Positions 28,822 to 43,293 of a DNA stretch of 64,000 bases are shown one piece after another. The position numbers and the translations under genes are program-made. The notes under the pieces are model-generated. The model saw only the letters and a list, made by a program, of their open reading frames with translations, ran no database searches and was not told where the DNA came from. The stretch lies in assembly GCF_009914755.1 (NCBI RefSeq), contig NC_060930.1. The stretch is one strand, 5' to 3'. The first letter of the stretch is position 1; each line of letters opens with the position of its first letter. Source of the stretch: the human T2T-CHM13v2.0 reference genome, Homo sapiens.

Positions 28822-29833
28822 CCATATTTTGTTAGCCCTAAAATGTACATTTTTCTTCCCATTTTAACTTATCTGAAATTGGGATGCATCTCATTACTGT
28901 CAACCAGGTGATAGTCATGTAACGCTCCTACCGTGTGCATGTGTGAATTTACAGCTTGTCATCGTGTCATCCCTTTAACCAACATGTGTTTTGTTGGTAT
29001 CAAATGTGTCAGGTTTAATTGACATTTTAAAATGTCTTCAAAAAGATCACACTATGATTCAGCATTGAAACGAAAAGTTATTGTGTATGCAGAAAAGCAT
29101 GGAAACAGAGCAGCAGGGCGTACATTTGATATTAGTGAAGCAAATATTCGTCGCTGGAGAAATGATCGCAATTCCATATTTTCCTGCAAAGCAACAACAA
29201 AATGTTTTACGGGACCTAAGAAAGGTAGGTACCCACAAGTAGATGAAGCTGTACTACGTTTCGTCAGTGAGACACGTGCAAAAGGATTGCCTATCACACG
29301 CCAAGCAATGCAATTGAAGGCAGGAGAAGTTGCCAAAACCCTAGGAATTGATGAAACAAAATTCAAAGCCACAAGAGGCTGGTGTGACCGATTCATGCGT
29401 CGAGCAGGACTATCATTAAGGCATCAAACATCGTTTTGTCCCAAGCTCCCCACTGCCATTAAACAGAAGACAGTGTTGGAGCACTCTTTCAAGAAGTGCT
29501 GCATAACCAGTACTCTTGACAACACCGGGAGAGACGTTCTGTGGAAAAATGCAGACATCAATGACTGTGGTTTGAAAAGTGATTCAGAAGAGTTGGATTC
29601 AGAATATGAAGTTATAATTATAACTTAACCAATTTATTTCACACATTTTCTTTACATATGCACAAGATTGATGTGATAAAAATCTGTTTAACTCAAAGCG
29701 CTGTTTCAATAAATATAAACATTTTCTGTGATATGAAAGCATTGTGTCATAGTTTAATGGGCAGTGTTTTTTCTTAGTGATACATATGGTGCATCTTAAC
29801 AATTGGTAGTGTCTTAGGTTAAATTAAAAATGG
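28822..29833 (+). mobile_element. TcMar-Tc2/pogo DNA transposon (Kanga/MER104-like), internally deleted
   Basis: Decayed TIRs ccatattttgttagccctaaaatgtac and gtgtcttaggttaaattaaaaatgg followed by TA; subterminal attttaacttatctgaaattgggatgcatct resembles the Kanga/MER104 end as I recall it; contains a transposase-derived ORF. Confidence 0.75.
29032..29628 (+). CDS. candidate 198-aa pogo-transposase-derived DNA-binding protein (Brinker-type HTH, CENP-B HTH, acidic tail; no DDE domain)
   Basis: Uninterrupted ORF with aaaATG context; YDSALKRKVIVYAEKHGNRAAGRTFDISEANIRRWR, GRYPQVDEAVLRFV, FKATRGWCDRFMRRAGLSLR and SFKKCCITSTLD; translation not shown. Confidence 0.6.
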   Translation: MSSKRSHYDSALKRKVIVYAEKHGNRAAGRTFDISEANIRRWRNDRNSIFSCKATTKCFTGPKKGRYPQVDEAVLRFVSETRAKGLPITRQAMQLKAGEVAKTLGIDETKFKATRGWCDRFMRRAGLSLRHQTSFCPKLPTAIKQKTVLEHSFKKCCITSTLDNTGRDVLWKNADINDCGLKSDSEELDSEYEVIIIT

Positions 29834-30746
29834 TAGCTTGTAAATTTATTTTTCTTTTTAAGATAGCAGTTATTTATTGGGGAATTTGATTCTGACTCTT
29901 ACAATGTTAAACTTGTAATCCTGTGTGAAACACATGTTTTTGGGGGGGAGGGGGTAACCAAGATTTCAGGGTAGTAACTTAGGAATCTAAGAACTATCTT
30001 CTACTTTAGGAAGAGTGGGATTAGTTACTCCCTTTGTATAGGAGGACTTTATGCTCAAGGAATGTGTTGTGGAGAAAAACACTTCTTCACAAACAATTCA
30101 GTGACAAGACCTCAAAGGTAATGCGTATTGAGGAAAACAGTAGTGGGTGAAAATTCCCGCTTAGCTGTAAAATGACTCTCTTGCCAGGTTTCCGTGTTTG
30201 TCTCAACTGAACTCTGGGCTGAGTGTTTACCAGGGAGAAGAGATGTGAATTAAACAACCTTCCTGTTTAGTGTTACCTGCTTTGTACAAGAATGAAGTGC
30301 AAAGCCAACTTACTTTATTAATCCAAGTTCTTTTTATGTTTTTCTTAACCTTTATTAAGGACTAGTCATCACAAAATATCTATTTAACCTCTATTTTATG
30401 ATGGTGTGTTATTATGTTTGATACCTCATACTTCTTGCTTAGAGTTTTGTTTAACAGTTCACTGGCTCTGTCCCAATGTTTGTGATGAACACCTTTTTGC
30501 TATATTGTAGCTCTTGGAGATACTAAAAGAGAATTCACAGAACATAACTTTAGTTTTATGTGTTTGCTAGGGGAAGATTTCCTAGCAGCTGAGAGCAAGG
30601 CACAGTCTCTGTCTTCATTTCTTTATTAGATACAATTTTCTATTTTTATGTGACTCTAGGGCATAACAAAACAGTGACAGTTTCAAGCGTTAATTTTAAT
30701 GCTTCCTACTAGCTAAATATCATCTTAAAATGATTATCAGAAAAAA

Positions 30747-30782
30747 AAATAATGCCCCCAAAAACTTTTGGGGGCATTATTT
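30747..30782. repeat. perfect 17-bp inverted repeat with 2-nt spacer
   Basis: AAATAATGCCCCCAAAA-AC-TTTTGGGGGCATTATTT. Confidence 0.95.
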
Positions 30783-32632
30783 GGTACTGGGAGGATATTT
30801 AAATTAGATTTTTCATAGTCTATTGTTTTGAACTATGGATTCTGTTTTATGGTGGATACCTAAGGTTTATATAATAGTTGCTGGAAAACTTAAAGTAGCT
30901 GGTGAGCTTCCTGTTATGTCACTATTAAAGAATGATGGCTGATGTAACTCTGCCCCTGAAATCTACAAGGGTCATGCCCAAATTAATACAGGTTAACCTT
31001 TGTAGAGGTATATATGTTGGCATTATTTATTGACATTTATGCTTCAAGCATGTCTTATTTTATGTAATTTTAAGAAATACTCTATTTAACTTGTGAAATA
31101 TACCTAAAAGCATACTAGTTAGCTCTTAGACTCTCACTTAGGGAGGGTAAAGAAACATCACTGATGCCAATATGAAGATCTATAAACAAATCCTTTGTTT
31201 AGAACTTTTTTCTCTTCGTGCACCTCACAACACACTTACCATGGTACATATTTCTTAATGCCACTAAGAAAGGCAAGATAGTGAACGCAGAATTATTTAT
31301 GTGGTATAGTGTTTGTTTTCCTGTTTTAGTGCTTTTGTAGCTAAAACTTACTGGAACTGCATCACAACTACATTTGCAGTCTCAGTGGGAGGTGGACTAG
31401 CCTGTGGTTAATTTTAGAGCTTAAAAGTTTATAAGCATTAAAAACACATACATGTATTAGAATCTTGTCTAACCCCTCACAAAGGATGATGGTGATCAGC
31501 ATGCCATCTTTTGAAGATTAATTCTAAAATTGAGGACTCTGGTAGGTTGTTTTATTTCCTTCCCAACCAGCCATTCATTTCCAATTGTTCTGCCTTTGAA
31601 ACTTTTTGTGAAAATTGCCTGTACCAATTGCATTGGTTGCGTTGCTCTGATTTAAATGCCAAAAACACTAAATATTTGTGTAGTGCTGTTAAATGAGGTT
31701 TTTGATATTTCCATCAAAATGAATGTAAAATTCACTTGATGGATTTTGTAGTGATGTTTTCACAGTTGAAACAAACATATTGCTGTGCGGTGGACAGCCA
31801 CTTCACAGACATGCAGACCCATTTCTTTAGAGATATTAGGTTTAAAACCCATTTTAATTTTATTTTGCTGAAGGTTTGGAATATATAAAGTAATGGATTC
31901 ACAAAATATGATATCTTAAAACATGTTGAAAGATTTGAAAGTGGTGCATTTTTACTTTTAAGAGCAGCAATCTTTGAAATTAGTCAACAATGCAGTCTTT
32001 TTTAAAAGTCAGTTTTCTCAAGTAGTATGTTGTAACGTAAGATGTAACTGATATAACTAGATTTTGACTGGTAAACTTAAAGTGCTTTTTATATTTGAGG
32101 TTGACTTTAAAAAGCCATTGAGCAGTCCTCAGAGGTTATGGACTCTCAAGCGACTAATGGAATAGTGTTCTGTTGTGAAGTCTAGAACTAAAGCACCTTG
32201 TATTGTCTGCTTCTAAAGTGTCCTATAGTTTTTAACTTAAAGTGTAAAGAGTAACATTTTATCTTATGTCAATTAAAGTTACATTTTTCATTTGTTGGTG
32301 TACATGTGCTACCTGTTTTATGGGGAATGTTTAACACGATCCTCCAAGTTGGTTCTATGCATAACCATTCACCAAATACTGCTGCTGTGATTCCTTGAAG
32401 GAAATATTCTGTGGTCTGCTATGATGCATTGCCATCTTGCTGCTTGACAATAGGTTTATAAATAATTAGAATTACGTGTTTTAATAGTACCTTTGTATAT
32501 ATAACAAGATGTAAAATTAAAGATGAGGAATGTGTGTAAATGATCATTCACTGTTTTTGTTTTAAAACTGGTCAGTACTATGAAGCTTCTGTGGTTTGTA
32601 TGATGTTTTAACTTTCACTTTAAACTGCATAG

Positions 32633-32638
32633 AATAAA
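32633..32638 (+). terminator. probable distal SMIM13 polyadenylation signal
   Basis: AATAAA followed by tatgtgtctctggttg. Confidence 0.7.
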
Positions 32639-34656
32639 TTAAATTGAAAACAACAAAAGTTATGTGTCTCTGGTTGATAAAGGATAATAAGTATGAAGGG
32701 TGCCTTGGACATGAAGGGATTTGAAAGCAGCCATTCTTACTAATGGTCCACACTTCACCCCATTTTTCAAATGAAAAGTCTAGAAGAATTAAGAGAATAG
32801 CAATAATATTTCTTAGTGCCATGAAAGTAAATGACTTAGGACATATATATAGCATTAAAGGACACACAGACACACGCACACACATATAGTGTTAGAGCTA
32901 CATTATTACATTTACCTTATTGTTTTCTTCCCATGCTGTATTCAACACCCTCAAGGTTGTTTTGTTAACCTGTTTGCCACAGATCATGTTTCACATTTTT
33001 GTTAGTATTAACCACCAGGAAGATTGAAGAAACTCATCAAAGCCAAGTAAAAAGATGGAGGAGTTTCTTTGAGAATGCAATTGAGAAAGAAAACCATGAA
33101 TTTCATTGGCTGGGGCAAGTTGTGACTTCTCCAGGAGTGCTCAGCTGCCAAGAATGTAGGATGGGAAGAAGTGGATTGTGCTAGGGTTGGATTTTGCAAG
33201 GCAGGTGTGTCTGAAGGGCAGGGTCATTAGAGATTGCTGGAGATTGGCCCTGGAATTTGGGCTGCGTCATGAGAGAAGTTGGATCAGTAAGGCACTGGTA
33301 AACTGGATGAAAGGAAAGGGATAGGGAATTGAAGATAAAATGAATGTGACGTGTATGATAAGTTTGGGATGGAAATTAGGTGAAGTAGTTCTGAGTGATG
33401 ACACTAAATACAGCCATAGAAAAGGGGAATCTGAGAACAGTGACTCATTTTAAGCATATGATGTGAGCCTCAGAATGGCCACTAATATTTTCCACATGAT
33501 GGCTACAGTTGGAATGGAGAAGGTAACTATGACTTGGGGGCCATGTCAGGGACTTGGAAGACTTATCTTAAGGTCTGTTATGTCTGGTGGCTCTTAAAAG
33601 GAGGAGGGAACTTCCTGAAAATGGAAGAGGAATGTTCTGGGGGAGCTTCGAGAATGCTCTTTCCTCATCCTGGCCTCCCACCCCCTGGGCATCTCTACAA
33701 GTGCATTAGTTTATCTTGTGTAAGTAATTCAGCTGGATTGTAAGAATGATGCTGTTTACAAAGAACTTTGTGGGGGTTAGAGGAGGAAGGAGGGAAGGAC
33801 AGCAAAAGCTTCACTAAGAATCTTGAAGAAAGGAGTTGGAGTTTTCCAAGTAGAGGATGAGGATTCTAGATAAAAGAATGTGCACAGGCAGTGTCATGGG
33901 AAGGTGCCTTGCTTGGAGAACTATAGATAGTTGGTCATTCCTGAAATAGAGAATGCACGTGTCCGGGGGTGGGGGTGGGGGTCCACTGTTTTGACAATAG
34001 AGATGTACAGTCTAGGTCACAAAAAGACTTTGTGTGCAGTGGCAAAGGCTTTGAAGTTCATGTCATATGGGACAGAGACTACTAAACTATTTTAAACAGA
34101 GAGCACTGATTTGCTTATTTAACATATGTTGAGTAGTCGACTAATCTTCCAGGCATCTGCACTAGTTGCTCGTGCTAACTGCAAGGAGGAGGACTGGTTG
34201 GAGGCACGATGGAAACAGGATGTCTCTTAACTGGTCCAAGCAAGAAAACAAAACTAATGGCAGACTGGAAAGGAGCAATGACCATGGGAAATTTGAGGAT
34301 ATGAAAAATCAATAGGACTTGAGATTAGATTGTGAAGGAGAAGGAGAAATGAAGGATGATTTCAACATTTAGCAGTTGATAACATGGGGGGATGCATACA
34401 GCAAGAGAAGTAGGTTTGGGATTGGGCATAGGGAGGTGGAAGATAGGAGTCCAGTTTTGGGCATACCATATTTGAATTTCAGGTGCTTATATGATATTAC
34501 GTAGACAGAAATAACCAGTTGTACAAATAGTATGAGGGACATGGATTGAAAACACAGACTCAGTGTTATCACTATGTGTATGCATTTGAAGCTGTATGCA
34601 AAAATAGGATTCCCCAGGGTAGGGGGGTGGAATAAGAAGAGACCCAAGGTGACACT

Positions 34657-35280
<624 letters not shown>

Positions 35281-35284
35281 TTAA

Positions 35285-36012
<728 letters not shown>

Positions 36013-36729
36013 TCAGGCCTCTAAAGAACATTGGTATTTCTCAAAGAGGTTGGTAAAAATTTCTTAAAGAGACTGGTGAAAGAAGTTCATTAAGGACTCT
36101 GAGAAGGACTGGTAAGAGAACTGGAATATACATGAAGGATAGTAAGGTGCTAGAAGCAAAATAAAGAAAAAACTTGAAGAGCAAGTGTTCAACTGACATA
36201 TATTGTAGAGTGATGTTGCTTGGATCCGACTTTCGAAGAAATTGTGCCAACAGGAGGCTATTGCAGTAGTTTATGCAAAAGATGACATGAGTCTGCAAGG
36301 CTGGTGGTAGTGGGGACAAATTGAAGAGATACTGATGGGAGTCAATTTGACAGGTTTTGATAATTGGTTAGATACAGGAAGTGAAAGACAAGGATTAGTC
36401 AATGGTGAATCACTGCTGGACACTGGGGTGGAATGTATTTGAGGGGACAGTTTGGGCATAATCCCAGGTGCGCGTAAGACCAGTGGAAATGGCCAATCCA
36501 GATCTTAGGATCTCAGTCAGAAGAACTGAGATCCCATCCAAATGCTATAACTTGACAGTTGGAAATTTATTTAACCTCCCTGTTTCCTGGTCTGCTAAAT
36601 GGGAATGATAATATCTATCTCATAGGATTAATTTTTAAAATACCCATCAAGCATATTAATATATAGTAAGAAATCAGTAACTTCACTGTCCCCCTCCCTT
36701 CTCCTTATTCATCTTTTTAAGTGTAGAAA

Positions 36730-37119
<390 letters not shown>

Positions 37120-37389
37120 TCCATATTTCTATCTCTTGAGCCAACTGCCTTCTCAGTCAGTTAAACACTGGTTAAACTCAGCATCTGCAAGGTCAAGCTT
37201 ATGACTTTCTCCAAACCTGGTGTTCCTCCAGTGTCCCTATCCAGTGGCTTAAGTCGTCAGCCTGGGTATCATTCTTGATACTCTCTGATGTCCTATATCC
37301 AGCACATCATCAGGTCTTGTTGATTTTTCTTCTGAAGTAGCTCTTGAAACCATATACTTTCTTCCATTTTCTTATTACTGTCTGTAGGC

Positions 37390-38130
37390 CAGGTAATGTA
37401 GTGGTCATAAAATTAGACATAAATTGTGGTCTGTGAAATTAGACTTCTGTATGCCTCTTTTTTCATCTGTAAAATGGGTATTAATAGTAGTACCTATCTC
37501 ATAGGGCTTTTGTAAGGCTTAAATGAGTCAATACACAAAGCATCTAGAAGTGTGCCCAGCATATATCGGTTATTCCCTACCATGATAATGCTCACTTGGG
37601 CCACTGCAGTAGTGGCTGTTTCAAATCACTACAGCCCATCTTTAGTATTTTCTCTTATCGTTACCGAGAATGAGCTTTTCACAACTCAAATTTGTCTTCT
37701 TGCTTAGAACATGTGAATAGGTTCCCATTGCTCCTAGAAAAAAGGTAGAAAAGCTTCGACATGCCGGTGACATGCTGCACGGCTTCATTTGCTGCCTCGT
37801 CATCCTCTTACTCTACATGCTCATGGCCACATGAGTCATCGTTCAGTTGCGCAAACATGCTGTCCTCACTCAGACATCCCCACCCTACTCACTGGATCCT
37901 TCCACTGGCCGTGCCCCTCACTCACAAACTTGCCTTCTCTCTCCTTATCTTCCAGTCCTTCTTTCAATTTCAGCACACAAATCACTTTCTCAGGGAAGTG
38001 TTCTTTGAACACAGCCCCCTTTCCAGACAAAGAGTTTGTCTGGAAAGACAAACTGTCACAGAGAAGTCTTCCTTTCCCTCAGTGGCCTGATCCCAGACAA
38101 GAATTGAACATTTGTTGGTGGATTTTTTTA
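37390..38130. mobile_element. MIR and L2 fragments
   Basis: tcatctgtaaaatggg MIR core; L2-like tcagggaagtgttctttga and aacatttgttgg. Confidence 0.55.
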
Positions 38131-38452
38131 AATTAAGTGCCACCATTCCCACTATGTTGAATTAATTAAACAATATTTCAATATAAAGTAGAACTTATAT
38201 CAAAATAACATTTTAGCCTGCAATCTTTTTATTGGAATCTGAGAGTGTAAAATATAAAAGATGCCTTATTCCTGCCTAATGAGAATCTCCTGAAAGTGGC
38301 GATTTTCTTTAATCAGCAAACACAAAAGTGTATGTTAATGAGATACATATTTTTCAAGCCCCCTAATTCTGCATCTTCTGTGTCCATTTCACTCCTTCAT
38401 CTCTTCTGCAAAGGTCAAAGGATCCTGTCCAGTGCTGCTGGAACAGCAGCTT

Positions 38453-38472
38453 GTGACCACGAGGTGGCGACA
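38453..38472 (+). promoter_or_regulatory. candidate CTCF site
   Basis: CCACGAGGTGGCGA at 38457-38470 resembles the CTCF core CCASYAGRKGGCRS in non-repeat sequence. Confidence 0.5.
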
Positions 38473-39019
38473 GTTTTCAAGAGTTGGCAGGTGAGGACGC
38501 CTTCTATTCCGGTCTGGTCAGGGGTGTGCTCCTTTAGAAGGGTGTCACTGGATGGAAATTTGTTTGGTAATTATGTGGCACCCTGTTTTGTGTCATAGGC
38601 ATTTTACCTAGCCTTCTTTACCTAAAGCGGCTGGGGCGAGCATAGAAGCTGTTGATCAAACTGGAGCACTTGAGAGTGAATGGGAGGAGAGTGGACTATA
38701 CATCATTGGGCCAGGACAACAGATACAAACCAGGATTGTTCTGGCCACACAGGGGCATCTTTTTTCTCCCTCTAAAGCCAAGTCAGGGGACAATATTTAC
38801 AGTCTCTCTGACACCTACTGATGAAGGCTTGAAGTTGGAGAGAAAAGGAGCGCTCCCAAATAGCATTTGAATTTTATCTCCCTGTGTAGAACTCCAGAAA
38901 GCAAATCATTTCAGAAAATGAGTGAGGAGAGGATGATTGATTCAAAGGCTCACATATTTATTTGTTGGAGTCAGAGAAACCCTACCTTTGGTGAGATGTT
39001 TTGAAAATAATAAAGTTTA

Positions 39020-39408
<389 letters not shown>

Positions 39409-40559
39409 TGAGGGGTAAGGAAGGAAGGAAAAGTCTTATCCTTACTTCACGGGTAAAGAAATTGAAGTGCAATTTCTTGGCCATGGATGTGATAAGTGCA
39501 AACCCTGGGCTTCTGCCTTGTTGCTTAGAGAAGGGGAGATACTTAAAGCATTCAAATCACTGTATGTCATTCAGCACAAAGGAAAATGAACGCATATTCA
39601 AATGCAAACACAAGATGAAACCCTAATTTATATGAGCATACCTGGCTGGATAAACTAATGAGAGAGTATTGGTGTAGCACTGGCTTTCCCTCACTCCATA
39701 CGGACTCAACAGGTTTGGGCTCACTGGGGTTCTAAATCTGGATTGTCCAGCAAGGAGGACTTGCACAGGGTTTGGAGGAAAGGTGCATTTAACAAGAGCA
39801 AGTGGCCTGTGAGCAATGTGGTTGGATTCCCAGGGGTTAATAGTAGAAACCTGCACCCCGTGTCCACATAGTCTGGAAGGTGGTAGGTCTCTAATGAGGG
39901 TGGCTTGCGGATACTCGGTATCTGAATGCTAAGCTCTGGCTTTGGAAACTGTAGCCATGTTTTCTGTGGCCACCTTGGACCCAGGGAGTGATGCTTTGAG
40001 CAGTAAGGTGGACCCCATAGGGCCGGATGACGAGCATCTCAGTGACAGCGCTGACAACCTGAAGAGCGCAGGCTGTTGCTAAGTTTTCTGGATTGTGGAG
40101 GACCCTTCAGGCTCTTAGGGAGAGGGAGATATGTTGCCAGTAATGACTTACATTGAATGTCTCACTAACCCTGGTAAGTAGACTCAGAGTCACATTTAAT
40201 TTGATTGAGAAACAAAACAAACCCAAATACATAACAAATCTTGCACTGAGTGTTGTCAGGTTAACTCATACTCATTAGTGATTACATGTAAAAACAAGTC
40301 CTCTGCTCCTGTCCAGACCAAAAAATGAAACACAGAAAGAAGCCCAGGGCCCCGGCCTGTTTTCTAGGCTGGTTCCTTCCTAGCCCACACCATCCATCCA
40401 TCAGTCCTGCCCCATGCTGCTGCAAATGCCAGTCACCTTGCCTGGTGACCTCTCACCTTTAACTCAAGGGCCACCTCTTCCATGCAGCCTTCCCTGGTCC
40501 CCTGTATCCTGTGGCTTTCCATTGGCACCTCCAGGAGATCTCTCACTTGTCCCTCCTTC

Positions 40560-40710
40560 TAAGCAAGTGTTCTCAGCATGCAGAATCACCTGGGTGCTTG
40601 CTAAGTGCAGATTCTTGGCCCTTTCTTATTGAAATCCACTGAATGAGAATCTCGGGAGGTCTGGACTAAGAAGCTGTATTTTTAATATGTGTCCCTGCAG
40701 GTGATTACTA
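40560..40710. mobile_element. MER5A-like hAT fragment
   Basis: cagaatcacctggg...tgcagattc...actgaatgagaatct...caggtgatt. Confidence 0.6.
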
Positions 40711-40726
40711 TCCTCTCTGTACCCCT

Positions 40727-41427
<701 letters not shown>

Positions 41428-41618
41428 TAAGTTATCCTTATTTCACCTTCTCCTCTACAGGAAGTTAGATTTCTTATTTAAATTATTTTCATGTTGTAGT
41501 GGACCTATGTCAATTTTTTGGGGTGGTTCAGTGGACGATCGCTTGAGGAAACGCGTGTGTCTACCCACCTCATGTGTCTTGGGAGGCCAAGCCCATCTCT
41601 CTCAGTAAAGGAAAATTA

Positions 41619-41865
41619 GGCTGAGGTGGGTGGATCACAAGGTCAGGTGTTCAAGACCAGCCTGACCAACATGGTGAAACCCCATCTCTACTAAAAATAC
41701 AAAAAAAAAAAAAAAAAAAAAAAGCCGGGCATTGTGGCATGCGCCTGTAATCCCAGCTACTTGGAATTGCTTGAACCCGGGAGGCGGAAGCTGCAGTGAG
41801 CCGAGTGTGCCACTGCACTCCAGCCTGGGCGACAGAGTGAGACTTTGTCTCAAAAAAAAAAAAAA
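41619..41865 (+). mobile_element. 5'-truncated Alu with deletions
   Basis: Partial dimer with expanded A linker. Confidence 0.88.
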
Positions 41866-42221
41866 GACATAAAATTCCAGACCTTGGTTTCCTTCCCTGC
41901 ACTGCAGCGATGGTGCAAGCACATCACCTTGTCCCTACAGCCATATGTTCCCACCCGTGCTTGAGGGGGTAGCAGCTCATAGCCCCAGGAGGCTGCCTGA
42001 CAGAGACATTGCTCCGGATCTGCAGTGGCAGCTGCAGTGGCTTGAGTTGCCCACCCCGAGGGGTTCTAGGGTGGCGTGTGTGCTGATGTGGTGTGGGCCA
42101 TGCAGGAGGTGAGGGCTGTCATGTCATCACCAGGCCAGCTCCGCACCCTGACCGTGGTATTGGTCCTACTAGTGCTTCCTTTGACTATATTCCTACTGAT
42201 CCTGTGAGATATCCAATATTC

Positions 42222-42507
<286 letters not shown>

Positions 42508-42974
42508 AATATTCTTTCTAATAAACCTCTTTCCTGCTTAAATCAGCCCCAGTGAGTTTCTGTTGCCTGCATCTAAAAAGCCTGATTGTCACTGGTAGGC
42601 CTTTCTTTCTTTCTCTCTTTTCTTTCTTTCCTTTTTTCTTTTACTTTTTTTCCCTTTCTCGTTCTTTTTTCTCCCTTCCTTTCTTCCTTCCTTCTTTCTC
42701 TTTTCTTTCTTTCTTTCAACAAAGTTGCTCATTCAACAAAATCTGAAGACAGACAATAATGTTCGCTCCTCAACACCAGGACCTCAGGAGGTAGTAAACG
42801 TTTCATCCTATCCACCTTTCTTGTGATTGGGGTTGAATACTTTTGTTCACCTTAATTTTAACTAAGTAATTACTATTAGTCATTAGTTAGTCATCATTAT
42901 CATTTTTGTTGCATATTTAAGAGTTGAAGCTTCTTGAGCTATACCGACATGTTTCCCGGTTTCTTTGCTCTCCA

Positions 42975-43293
42975 TTGTTTTTGTTTTGTTTTGAGACAGA
43001 GTTTCGCTCTTGTTGCCCAAGCTAGAGTGCAATGCGCAATCTCGGCTCACTGCAACCTCTGCCTCCCGGGTTCAAGTAATTCTCTTGCCTCAGCCTCACA
43101 AGTATCTGGGATTACAGGCACCCACCACCACGCCCAGGTAATTTTTTGTATTTAATAGAGATGGGGTTTCACCATGTTGGTCAGGCTGGTCACTATGTTG
43201 CCCAGAGTGACCTCAAGCAATCCTGGCCTCAAGCAATCCATCCGCCTCAGCCTCCCAAAGTGCTGGGCTTACAGGCGTGAGCCACCGCGCCCA
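42975..43293 (-). mobile_element. Alu
   Basis: Dimer with rearranged left arm. Confidence 0.9.

Larger units (their letters stand above)
28523..32660 (+). other. SMIM13: SMIM13 long 3' UTR
   Basis: Alu-free AT-rich tract from the stop codon to AATAAA at 32633-32638, followed by a GT-rich element. Confidence 0.75.

Noticed and set aside
29052-29396. 114-aa antisense ORF over the transposase ORF
   Set aside because: Shadow of the sense ORF with no recognisable motifs
29013-29628. In-frame SMIM13 exon 1 to transposase fusion through the AG at 29011-29012
   Set aside because: A phase-1 join there reads a different frame and soon stops; there is also an in-frame TGA at 29020-29022 before the ATG
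42600-42720. CT-rich low-complexity tract
   Set aside because: Ordinary simple repeat with no further structure
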